Source: Chitinophagales bacterium
Lineage (GTDB): Bacteria > Bacteroidota > Bacteroidia > Chitinophagales > JADIYW01
Assembly: GCA_046329865.1 (NCBI GenBank)
Contig: JAXLTW010000015.1
Coordinates: 10,935-74,934, forward strand
Direction of reading: 5' to 3'
Length of the DNA: 64,000 bases
In this document: piece by piece, positions 30,621 to 41,800 of the stretch
How positions within the stretch are numbered: the first letter of the stretch is position 1
How the letters are laid out: every line of letters starts with the position of its first letter
Position numbers and translations under genes: made by a program
The notes under the pieces: model-generated
The model's input: the letters and a program-made list of their open reading frames with translations, nothing else
The model's database searches: none
What the model was told of the DNA's origin: nothing

Positions 30621-32433
30621 CGAGATAAAAGAATGCGGTCGTCCCGTTGTTTGTCCCATCAGGTCCTATCTTAGTTTAAATCCGATTCATTATAATATCA
30701 TACCGGAGGAAGTATTATATGTTTGTCCGCATGATACATTGAAGATACAAACGGATTCAACATTGTTTACCAATGTGCTGCCCTGGCAATATTGCTGTGC
30801 GAACGAACTGGACGCAACAAAAAAGCAGGAGCCTACCGCTAACACACATTTGTTCACCGGTGGAACCTTTGGCGGTTATGCGCATATCGAAGCCTACACC
30901 AACGAAGGTTGTTACGCAAAAGATACCATTTATGTCGCAGACTTTAACCCTCCCGGCTTAATCCTGAAAGAAGTAGATTCCGTTTTAAATGTTACTGCGA
31001 CCAAGTTTCGCTCTATCTGGAAACCCTTGTACTCCGGTGTTCAATGGGCTTCGGCAGATGAGCTGAATGCATTTAAAAACAGGTTGTCTTATCAGAATGG
31101 TACATTCGGCATGTTCAGGGCACGACAGGCGTTTGATTATATTGATAACAGAATGCTGTCTGCCAACAATAGCGGAGCAGACCTTAAATTGAGAATAGAT
31201 GGGACCTTCAATGATTTCAAGATGTTCAACTGGTACCATCCCGGATTGCTGGAATGTGCTCCTGAATGGAAATTAAACCACACCATTTCCAATTATAATC
31301 CCGGAAGTTTTGAAGTGGAAAATAAAGATATCCTGGATAGGTACAGTTCGGCGTTGTATGGCTATGGTGGTAAGCTGGAGATAGCAGTGGCGGCTAATGC
31401 TGCGTACGAAGAAATAGGTTTTGAAAATTTTGAAGAATATACGCAGGGTAGTTTTCCGCAGCAACATCAGCTGAATAACACTACCGGCAATATTGATCTG
31501 GTTCCTGCAATTACAGGGCTTCGCTATCCGTATGTTCTCGAATACAATATAGATGCTGCATTCGGACGTTATGCGCTGGTCAAAAATATAGAAGGAAATT
31601 TGTGTTGTGATATTCCATTGGACGTAACTTTTAGCGGTACTACTATTGAAAAAAACAATCTCCCTTCCCAGACAGTCAATATGAAAGGTAAAGTGATTGT
31701 GAAAGAAACTCCATGTCCTCAGTCAGATGATTCCAGGCTTGTTATTTTTAAGACAACGGAAAAATCAAAACCGTTTCCATTCTCCAACGGACCTTTATGT
31801 GACAGATTCTGGACAGGTACTTTATTGGTAAATAAGGAGGTGCTGGTATATGACCAACAAAACCCGAAATTTTCACTTACCCAGGATATTGCTCATACCG
31901 GAAAACATGCTTTGAGAATTGACGCAGGATTTACCTCTGTGCCCCAGTATGATTTACATCTCCAGTCAGGTAAAAACTATGTAGTGAGCGCATGGATACA
32001 GAGTGACCCTATTAAGACATCGCCTCCTGAGAAATTAGAATATGTCAACAAAAGTAACGGAACAGGGATTACCGTTAAGATAGGCAGCGAATCCACTACA
32101 TTATATCCTTCCGGTGAAGTGATTGAGGGATGGCAAAGATTAGAAGGTGTCGTTCATGTAACAGACGGCAGTAAAGTGCCGTATCTCGAGTTTTCAAATA
32201 CGATTGTGTTTTATTTGGATGATATCAGGATATATCCTGAGAATGGCTCTATTCAAACATACGTATATGATCCATCCAATTACAAGCTCAGGGCTACATT
32301 AGACCAGAATAATTATGCAACCCTTTACCAGTATGATGATGAAGGAAATCTGTTCTCCATCAAAAAAGAAACGGTGAATGGTATTAAAACCATACAATCC
32401 ACGCAGAATTATATTAAAATCAAAAAACCGTAA
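30607..32433 (+). CDS. 608-aa hypothetical protein ending in YD-repeat-like motifs
   Basis: The first ATG overlaps the upstream stop by 14 nt. The C-terminus FYLDDIRIYPENGSIQTYVYDPSNYKLRATLDQNNYATLYQYDDEGNLFSIKKETVNG contains YD-type repeats. There is no obvious signal peptide. Confidence 0.55.
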   Translation: MTSFNEIKECGRPVVCPIRSYLSLNPIHYNIIPEEVLYVCPHDTLKIQTDSTLFTNVLPWQYCCANELDATKKQEPTANTHLFTGGTFGGYAHIEAYTNEGCYAKDTIYVADFNPPGLILKEVDSVLNVTATKFRSIWKPLYSGVQWASADELNAFKNRLSYQNGTFGMFRARQAFDYIDNRMLSANNSGADLKLRIDGTFNDFKMFNWYHPGLLECAPEWKLNHTISNYNPGSFEVENKDILDRYSSALYGYGGKLEIAVAANAAYEEIGFENFEEYTQGSFPQQHQLNNTTGNIDLVPAITGLRYPYVLEYNIDAAFGRYALVKNIEGNLCCDIPLDVTFSGTTIEKNNLPSQTVNMKGKVIVKETPCPQSDDSRLVIFKTTEKSKPFPFSNGPLCDRFWTGTLLVNKEVLVYDQQNPKFSLTQDIAHTGKHALRIDAGFTSVPQYDLHLQSGKNYVVSAWIQSDPIKTSPPEKLEYVNKSNGTGITVKIGSESTTLYPSGEVIEGWQRLEGVVHVTDGSKVPYLEFSNTIVFYLDDIRIYPENGSIQTYVYDPSNYKLRATLDQNNYATLYQYDDEGNLFSIKKETVNGIKTIQSTQNYIKIKKP

Positions 32434-32439
32434 TCAAAG

Positions 32440-33120
32440 ATGAACATTCGTTTTATTCTCCTATTGATACTACTCGCCGGACGGATTGCTTTCGCTGCTG
32501 ATTATAAAGAACAATACAGAAAAGTAGTGGTGGGGTTTCTGTGCAGAGATCAGTTTGCCTTGCAATATGATGCGACACTGGTTTCCAAAGATGGTAATAT
32601 CACTCCTGTATTTGCGGATAACTCCATTGTGGTTCGTGATAATCTTACCTTGTTTACCACCACACAACTCGCCGATTATGTTATCAATACAGAAGGCAGC
32701 ATTATTGTGAATCATCCCTCTAAAAAAATTACAGTCAATTATAATCCTTATACTGAATCCGAAACAGCAGACTTGTCAAAAAACCTGAATGACCAGCTTG
32801 CCGCTAAATTATTAAAAGTGATTGGCGACTGTGATTCAGTCACACAAAAGAATGTGAATGGTTATACCATATATACCACTTACGCATCCAATACACCTTA
32901 CGTAAAAGCGGAATGTTGGGTAAAAGATAAAAATGAGATTAAGGAAGTGCGATACTATTTAAAGGAAAGTGATTTCCTGTATGAACGGATTGTATATACC
33001 TCACTACCCTTTGAACAGTTTGCTGGAAAAGCCGAGTTCTCCAATTATATAGATATAAAAGACGATCGATATATTCCTACCCCTAAATATAAGATGTATG
33101 AAATTGCTGTTGGGAAATAA
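32440..33120 (+). CDS. Secreted 226-aa hypothetical protein
   Basis: Signal peptide MNIRFILLLILLAGRIAFA. It starts 6 nt after the upstream stop. Confidence 0.55.
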   Translation: MNIRFILLLILLAGRIAFAADYKEQYRKVVVGFLCRDQFALQYDATLVSKDGNITPVFADNSIVVRDNLTLFTTTQLADYVINTEGSIIVNHPSKKITVNYNPYTESETADLSKNLNDQLAAKLLKVIGDCDSVTQKNVNGYTIYTTYASNTPYVKAECWVKDKNEIKEVRYYLKESDFLYERIVYTSLPFEQFAGKAEFSNYIDIKDDRYIPTPKYKMYEIAVGK

Positions 33121-33625
33121 TAGATATATACTACTTTGGCTCTGTTTTTGTACTGATGTTATTGTCAGGTCGCAATGTATATGCACAATACAATTATTGC
33201 GGACTCCTCAACAGACAATAGATAAATGCAATCCGAACAGGATAGCAATGGAAATTGAAGTATATGATATTACATCTAATCTGGTAAACAGACGCCGAAA
33301 TGAAAAAATGTACTGGTTCAAGCTCGACTATAAAATAACAGATAATCAATTACACACGGTGATTGCGCACAAAATAATGATAGGACCTTCAGCACTCACC
33401 GATAATACTAGTCAGCAGCATTACAGACTGGATGTTATCAATCAACCGAATTATCTGGTGAAAGATTTACCAAACTTCAGGCTGGAGTTCAGGTTTAAAC
33501 TGCACGATGTCAGCTTCACCAGATTAGCGCGGGTTTATGAAAGACGAATCATAGACGTGATAAATATAAACGCAGACAATATGGTGTATACAAAAATTTT
33601 ACAGTCTACAATAAAGAGGTTGTAG
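33098..33625 (+). CDS. Hypothetical protein, start uncertain
   Basis: Open frame of 175 codons overlapping the upstream gene by 23 nt. An alternative ATG lies near 33248. No family recognised. Confidence 0.35.
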   Translation: MKLLLGNNRYILLWLCFCTDVIVRSQCICTIQLLRTPQQTIDKCNPNRIAMEIEVYDITSNLVNRRRNEKMYWFKLDYKITDNQLHTVIAHKIMIGPSALTDNTSQQHYRLDVINQPNYLVKDLPNFRLEFRFKLHDVSFTRLARVYERRIIDVININADNMVYTKILQSTIKRL

Positions 33626-33647
33626 TAAATTATCCCATCACATTGTT

Positions 33648-35886
33648 GGATGAATGCGTATTTGATACTCTGGATCCAAGGCCAATTATTAGAAAAGTAT
33701 ATAGCTGATCCAATATTCGTTATTGACGAAAGCATCGTGATTATCCGTTAAGACATCCTCTTTTATACGATATGAATACACACACTCGGAAGATAAGATA
33801 GTAACGTTTGAAGGGAATATTAAATTCCTGATTAGGATCAAATGGAAGAAACTGAATGGAGGATGCCACTAAAGTTATTGTTAATCATCCGTCTCCAACA
33901 GGCGTTAAATTTATGCGTCAATGAATACCCTTTATGTCTTCCGCGGACCTGACCCCAACTGAATCCTGTCGTGCGGCAAAATATTTCACAGGTGAACGCC
34001 TGTACCTTCCAATGCGGCACTCACCGCAACAAATACAAAATACGCTGGAGAATGTCTTTATATTGAAAGCAAAGAACAGGTCGGAGATTCTACTATAGCC
34101 AATTATTATTGCGGTAATGGCGCTAATGACTGCTCCAATCAGATGCAGATAGTATTTAATACCATTTCAGAGCCGGAAATCAAAATTACTCCCGGTCGCG
34201 ATACGCTTATCTGTAAAGGCCAAAGTGTTAAATTTACGGTACCTTCCGGCCATATCAGTTATAACGTTTAAGCTGTTTAGAGTGTGGACAGATATTTGCG
34301 ACAGAACACAATCTGACAAAGAATGCATTGCGCAAAATGATACCGCACTAGTCGTTTCAGAACCGGGCACCTATATGGTGGAAGTTGTATCCGCCAATGG
34401 ATGTATTGTTCGTGACACAGTATAGTCGTAACAGGTTCAGCTATACCTGCTGTAAAGATCAATTCATCAACTTATACACTTTGTCCTAATCAGGCTGCTG
34501 TTTCCCTGTCAGTCAATAATCCCGCCAACTATACTGCATTTACCTGGTCTACCTCAGCAGCTTCATCTCAGGTCAATGCCGTTTCTACCGGGAAATACTG
34601 GGTGCAGGCAAAGGATAATAACTTGTGTATCGCGCTCTTGATACCGTTGAAATCAACAATGCAGGCTGTGATGGTCTGTACAACGGACAAACAGGGCATT
34701 CTATACTTAAACAATTAAATCTGGCAACGGTTAACATCTCGAATCCTTCTACCACTGCAATTGTTCTGAATGACTATGTGCTCCCCGCTGCCAATGATGT
34801 ATCAAAGAGTTTATTTTTGCCGGTGGTTCAACTATCACCGGTCCGGAAAATCCGATATCAAGTACTTCTCTCTCTAATTTCAGGATAGAAATCAATTATG
34901 ACATTAAAAATAACGGCACGACCGTTCCGGGATATGGAAGCCAGGTATTGAAAATTGCGGATATCAACGATCCGACCAAGCTTGAGAAAGTGTTTGAGTC
35001 GGTTCGATCTTATAGTATCCAATATCCGGTGAATCCCACTTTGCAGGTGAACAGTATTGCCTATTATGATCAGAATGGTGCGACTATTACACCAGCGGCC
35101 GCAATACTGAACGATATCAACATTGAATTTGAAAAGAAAACTTTTCTGGTCCCGGAGATCAGTCCGTCTACTTCGGTACAACAGATACAACACACAGAAA
35201 TTGCGCCGCTTGCCAATAACTATAAACTTCAGCTGGCTTGGCAGCCTTTGAAACAAGGGTAGAATACGAAGTGCAGTGGGCGCATTCATTGATGATGCAT
35301 CCTACGAACAGCTCACGCCGGATGATTTATTGAACGAAAGAGGTGTTTCAGTTATTACGCCGGAAAACTATTATTTACTGGATGTAGCCTATCCTAAAGG
35401 AAAATTGTATTACCGTGTCCGTCCTGTCAGCAGGTTTACCACCGATACAAAAAATAATTATGAACACCTGCGTTATGGTGCCTGGAATACGCCTTCTCTA
35501 TATAATTTCGACAGGGTTTGAAAAGATACACTTTCCTGGCAGCGAACTTCCACCTTTGCAGAGGAGGGAAAAGAAAAAAGACGTTATAACGTTTTATGAT
35601 CAGTCGCTGAGAGCTGCACAGGTGGTAACCAATCTGAATACAGAAAAATTATCGCTGGCGGCAGAAACCTTTATGATTACGAAGGGAGAGGAGTATTAAA
35701 TGTACTTCCTGTTCCATCGGATGATAACAATTTATTATATGAACGCATCCCGAACCAGGTTGCGGGACATGCACTGAATAAAAATGACTTCGATCAGGAT
35801 TCAGCTGCCGTTAGACAATACCGCCGGCGTGCGAAATATTACAGCTCAAACAATCCGTTTCTTAATCATTCCCGCTACTTGCCAAT
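33648..35886 (+). pseudogene. Degraded 5' portion of the RHS toxin gene (Ig-like repeats plus DUF6443-like region), readable only across many frame changes
   Basis: Fragments in all three + frames join into coherent protein: PEIKITPGRDTLICKGQSVKFTV, ALVVSEPGTYMVEVVSANGCIVRDTV, INSSTYTLCPNQAAVSLSV, STGKYWVQAKDNN, DTVEINNAGCDG, LKQG-VEYEVQWAFIDDASYEQL, WQRTSTFAEEGK-KKDVITFYDQSLRAAQVVTNLNTEKLSLAAETF-YDYEGRGVLNVLPVPSDD, KYYSSNNPF. This leads directly into VPQANGYVTTQTQFTRDATGRQVKQSGVG of the intact ORF. Confidence 0.65.
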
Positions 35887-38800
35887 ATGACTAAGGTGCC
35901 ACAGGCAAATGGATATGTAACCACCCAAACACAATTTACAAGGGATGCTACCGGAAGGCAGGTGAAACAATCCGGCGTAGGCAGCGAATTCGCATTGGAC
36001 AGATACGACAGCGATGGGAATACACAAAAACACTATACGCAATATTTTTATGGTGCCGTACCGGATAATGAACTGATTCGGCTGTTTGGCAGCAATACCG
36101 GCAAATCTAAACACTATCGTAAAAATTTTGTGGTTGACCCGAACGATCAGATCAGTGTCAGCTATGTCGATATGTTTGGCAGAACAGTAGCCACCTGTCT
36201 CGCCGGTCAGGTACCGCCAAATGTAACCAGTATCGGTACTGACTCCGGCTTGTTCGTTATGCCGTTGCACAACAACAATGTTTACGATAAAGAAGGGAGA
36301 ACTATTTCCCTGAGTTATACTTTCGGAAATACCATTAAAGCACAAAATAACCGCGATACATTTGAATACAGCCTGGAAGGATGGGTGAATGAACTGAATA
36401 ATTCCGGCATTCAGATATGTCAGACCTGTCAGTATCAACTTTCCGTCCGTTTGAATGACCCTTTTGGTGCGCCTGTCACTTTAACTCAGTTAAGCGCGCC
36501 TCAGCCGAATGTACAGTTTACCAACGGCAATAAAAATCTGGAGGCTGTTTTTGGAAAGGATGTTCCATGTAGTACGCCTCCTGTAGTATATCCTAAGATT
36601 GTATTTTCCGCACCTGTGAATAAAATCGGGACATACACCGTTACCAAAGAACTGAAAATACTGACCGACCCGATAGATTCCATAAAAATGGATACGGTGC
36701 ACGGCGTAGTCAGTTATGAGAGATTTAAGGACTCACTCCTGTATACAATACTCGATTCTACCTCCTGTGATTTCGGATGTACGCAATATGTAGTAAAGTA
36801 TCTCAATGATTCTTTGATGGCATCTGACCAGCATCGCAAGTTGGATACTGTGACCATACCGGGCGATAAGGTGTTGTATCATTATTATTACTCCAAATGG
36901 TGTGATATGCAGGAGCGCCTGCTCGGAGATACTACCCGTCTGGCATTCCAGCAGTGCGAGTCCATTTATGAACAGATACGAGCGGCGGTTAGCCCCGGCG
37001 GAAAATATTTCACGGAAGCATTCATCATGCAATACCGGAATACTGTTCCTGATTTATACAATAAATCATTTGCTGAAATACGGGCAATGTGGAAAGCCGA
37101 CTATGCGGACTCCTTTGCCCTTTTTCATCCTGAATACTGCCATTATGAAGCATGTATCAACGATTCCGTATCCAACAGACTGGATGTAAAACTCAGTCGT
37201 ATCTTTACCTGGACGGAAGCACAGGTCCTATTAGGCACTCCGCAGAATCCGGCTGCCTATGATCCGGATTTTGCCCTCTATCAGCAGAAATTCAACCAGT
37301 ATTATGAAGTGGTCATCAACAGGAATGTGTTGAACAATCCGAAGTTGAATCTGTACGATTTTATCGACTGGACACATCAAAACTATGGTGCTTATCCGCC
37401 GTACAACGCCGCCGCCATTATTCATGAATACGAACCACAGCGGGTGATGTATGCCGATGTGGATTTTACGGGTTATACATCGAATCCGTCCACTCCGTAT
37501 CAGTATGGTTTGCCGAAACCAGTTATTAACCGCCTGGATACCTTAAAGTGGTTTCATTTCCGCAATTTGATGACAGCCCTTCGCAAAGAAGCAAAAGCAA
37601 TACAACTCGAAGCGAACGGTTGCCGTTTTCTGCCCGACGACAGCGCCATCGTGGTTTATCCGATTGCAAACAGGGGAAATGTTCCCAGCGGCCATGATAT
37701 TGACAGCATTATCGGGGATGTTTGCCGTCAGACCTGTGAGGGATTTGCTGACAGGTATTATCCGAGAGTGCTGGCGTATTGCCATCAGGGCAATATGATT
37801 AATCCGGACGATTCCCTGGAGCTTAGACGATTGCTGAAAAAATATTGTACGGAAAATTGCGGTATTGACAATCCATTGGGTTTGCTGAAACCGGAAGATA
37901 CGTCCGATCCTAAGACGGATTCTATACGTGCATTCCTGGAGTCCAGAAATTACCTTTGTTCGTGGGACAGTATTGCCAGCTACAACATGCCGGTTCATTA
38001 TCAGTATGTGGTAGACCCGGCCACCGGCGATACGTTAAAGGTGACGGTCTGTACACCCGACGGTATAGAAGCGCTGATGATTTATGTCCGCTCTAATCTG
38101 TTGAACTTTTACACAGACGACACAAGCGGCAGGGCGCTGGCCATACAAACGTTACAGCAATGGGGGGTAACACCCAATTCCATTTTACTGAAAGATGACC
38201 ATGTAACTTTTGTGAAAGGACAAAACGGTGATTGCAACAATGCCCCTTGTGTGACAACGCTGTATTTCCTTGATTCCCTGGGTAAGAAAGTCCATAACAT
38301 AGAGGAAATTATCTGGTCACAGCGGATACTCACCAGCCCGCTCGGACAAAGCGCCCTCTATCAGTTTTATGCTAATAAGATCATGCCGTATTTCGCCCAG
38401 TATGAAGCAGTTGTCATCCATCGGGAAAATGGAGTATTGAAATACAAACGCGTCTTTTTGTATATGTTGAATTACAACTGGCAGGGTAGTGGTTGTGGTC
38501 TTGATTTTAAAGGAAAATGCACCGCAAAAGCCATTCAGACCTGGGCTTTCTCAGCGTCTGTGGATTCTTTTGTTACATCGTCACCGGACAGTTGTTACAA
38601 AGAAATAACGGAACGCGCCGAAAATCTACTGAAAGATTATTACCAACAGTATTTAGATTCCCTGAAACTGGCATTGTACAATGCTTATCTCGACAATTGT
38701 TTCAAGTTAAAGGAAACATTCTTGCTCAAATATAAACTCAATGAGTACCAATATACCTTGTATTATTATGACCAGGCCGGCAATCTGGTGCAGACTGTTC

Positions 38801-41800
38801 CACCGCAGGGCGTCTACCAGCTGAAGTCCACCGATTTTTCTACGTCAGGGGTTTGGAATGGCGCGCAACCCGACCATGTCCTCAAAACACAATACCGCTA
38901 CAATACCCGCAATCAGGTAGTATGGCAGCGTACGCCTGATGCCGATTCCACCTGTTTCTGGTACAATGCCAAAGGTCAGCTGATCCTTTCGCAGAATGCC
39001 AAACAAAAACCGAAAAATAAATTTTCTTTTACTTTTTATGACCACCTCGGAAGGATCTTGTGTGTGGGAGAAATAGATAGCACGATTGCCCATTTCAGAG
39101 GTGGCATGGACGCTGTGTTGGATAGCCTGCGCTTTCCGCTGCAGCCGCAGTTTGCCCCTAAAGATGCCATCCGCCAGTTGACGCTTACCCGTTATGATAA
39201 TCCGGTGCAGCCGGGCACGGACGGATTTAAGCAGGAAAACCTGCGCAACCGCGTAGCAGCGACGTATTATGCTGACCAATTTGGCGCCGATGTGTTGTTA
39301 ACGCCAACACCGGGTGGGAATAATACCGATATATTGTTCCGGGAGGATATCGCATCCCTGCTGTCCGGCAATGTATCCTTGACCGCCTATTCGTACGACG
39401 AGGTGGGCAATGTCAAAACATTGGTGCAAAGCATGAATACCTTCGCAAGCGTGATGGGTGATACGACAATCGTATTGCCGCCGATTCAGGCTTTCAATAC
39501 GGATTCCACCGGACAGTGGGCGAGCAGCAATGCAAAAATTGTACGCTCGTATTACAATACTGTTCCGGGATTGAGTGCGATGAAAGTAGCCAACACCGAC
39601 GCTACCGCCACCGTCAGCCAGACAGCCACCCTGACGAACAGCCTGACCTATGCGGTGGTGAGCGGCAAAACCTACACGGTTACAGTGGACATGGGATTCA
39701 TTGCGCCCAACCCGCAGACGGGTAATACCATTAAAGCTAAAATATTGAAAGGCACCGCCATCTATGCACAGGCGGCAACGGCAACCGCTATTACCAATGG
39801 TACCTATAGTTTTTCCTTCACGCCGAATTTTACCGGTACCGTTAAAATCACCTACGATGTACTGCTGCAAAAAGCGCACTCGGTTTACCTGGATAATGTA
39901 AAATTATACTATATAGAACCTAAGGCCTATGTGGTGACGACGCCAAATTATAAACGGGTGGACTATCACTACGACCTTATCTCCGGCAAAGTCAATCAGG
40001 TGACCTACCAGCGGGATAAACCCGACCAGTTCATCCACCGCTATGAATACGACGCGGACAACCGCATCACAAATGTGTACACGAGCCGAGACGGTATCCT
40101 TATGACCCGCGAAGCGAGCTATTTCTATTATCCGCATGGTCCGTTGGCACGCATCGAGATAGGGCATGACAAGGTGCAGGGCGTGGATTATTATTACACA
40201 CTGCAGGGATGGCTTAAAGGTATCAACAACAGCGCCATTACAGAGAACAACGACCCGGGTCAGGATTCCGTGTTTGTGGTGGTGAATACGACGAACGGCG
40301 GACGGGATACGTTGAATAAATACATTCCGAAAGACCAGTACAATACGCTGATGGCATATTACAAAGGCGACTACCTGGGAATCGATAACAGCGCGGCGCA
40401 GCCGTATGAGTTCAACAGCACCGCGCCGCACAACAGCGCGATGCCATTTTATACACGCAGCGGCCTGTCGGATAAATTCAAAGGACTGTACAACGGCAAC
40501 ATCGCGTTTATCGCCAATGACCTGCCGGCGCTGGCGCTGTCCACACCTGGCAACTACTCCCTGAAGTGGATACTGGAAGAGTATAAATACGACCAGCTCA
40601 ACCGCATCGTGGAATCGCAGACATTGCTGCCGCATGCCACCACACTGAACAGCTACCTGACCACGCTGAGCAACAAAGCGCGCACCTCGTACACGTATGA
40701 CAAGAACGGCAATATCCTGAAGCTGAACCGCAGTTCGTATACGGCGGCTGCGCCTATTGTTGCCACGCTGATGGACTCGCTGACCTATATCTATCCGGTG
40801 AATGCCTCTACCGGAAAGCTGAGGAACAACAGGCTGTACCACGTTAACGACCTGCAGACCAACAAGGCGGCATTTACGGAAGACATCGACGACCAGGGCG
40901 TGCTGGGCGCGCAGCTGGCGGGCGCCAATTACGACTACGACGCGATAGGGCAGCTGACGAAAGACAACGCGGAAAACATAGACAGCATCCGCTGGAACGT
41001 GTACGGCAAGATAGAGAAGCTCTTTTTTAAGAATGGCAAGCCTGCGATGGAATTTTTGTACGACGCGACAGGCAACCGTGTGGCGAAGCTGCTGAAAAAC
41101 GCGAAACACCCGGTAGCCGCCGGCATGGATACGACCTACGATGCCACTTACTACTGGCGCGATGCACAGGGCAATGTGCTGGCCACGGAGAGTCGGCGGT
41201 TTTACCCAATACCGGGCACGTTTACGGGTACGGTGCCGCTGGGCGGCTGGCAGGGACATACGGTGGATGTGGAATACGTGCTGTATGGCAGCAGCCGGCT
41301 GGGTACCTACCAGGATACGCTGCGCTACGATATTGCAACGCCGAGCGCTTACGGGCAGTATGTGCGCTGGCAGGCAAGACGGCAGTATGAGCTGGGCAAC
41401 CACCTGGGCAACGTGATGCTGACGCTGAGCGATGTGAAGACCTATGCCGCGGGCACGAAAGGGGCGGTGGGTTACCTTGCCAAGGTGCTGACCGCGCAGC
41501 AATACTACCCGTTTGGCATGCAAATGCCCGGAAAAAATACTACTTTAGCATCGTATAGTTCTTTGAATAGGTATCGGTTCGGGTTTAATGGTCAGGAACG
41601 AGATGACGAAGTAAGCGGAAATAGTAACGCACTTGATTTTGGCGAAAGAATTTATAATTCAAGAACAGCAAGATTTTATACTATTGATGGATTAACAGCA
41701 AAATATCCTTGGTATTCTCCATACCAATTTGCTGGCAACACTCCAATTGCAGCCATTGATTTAGATGGATTAGAACAATACATTAAAACATATAAATTTG

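Noticed and set aside
34225-35699. Small plus-strand ORFs 34225-34425, 34625-34888, 34948-35262, 35276-35521 and 35415-35699 as independent genes, and minus ORF 34858-35289
   Set aside because: The plus-strand pieces join end to end into one continuous RHS N-terminal/DUF6443-like sequence once frame changes are allowed. The minus ORF is antisense to them.
39904-41523. 539-codon ORF on the minus strand (also 39298-39879, 37543-37998, 35875-36438, 38845-39279 minus)
   Set aside because: These are antisense to the RHS gene, in its GC-rich and therefore stop-poor region. The peptides are low-complexity and R/V/H-rich with no motifs, while the plus strand carries unmistakable YD repeats and the RHS core.
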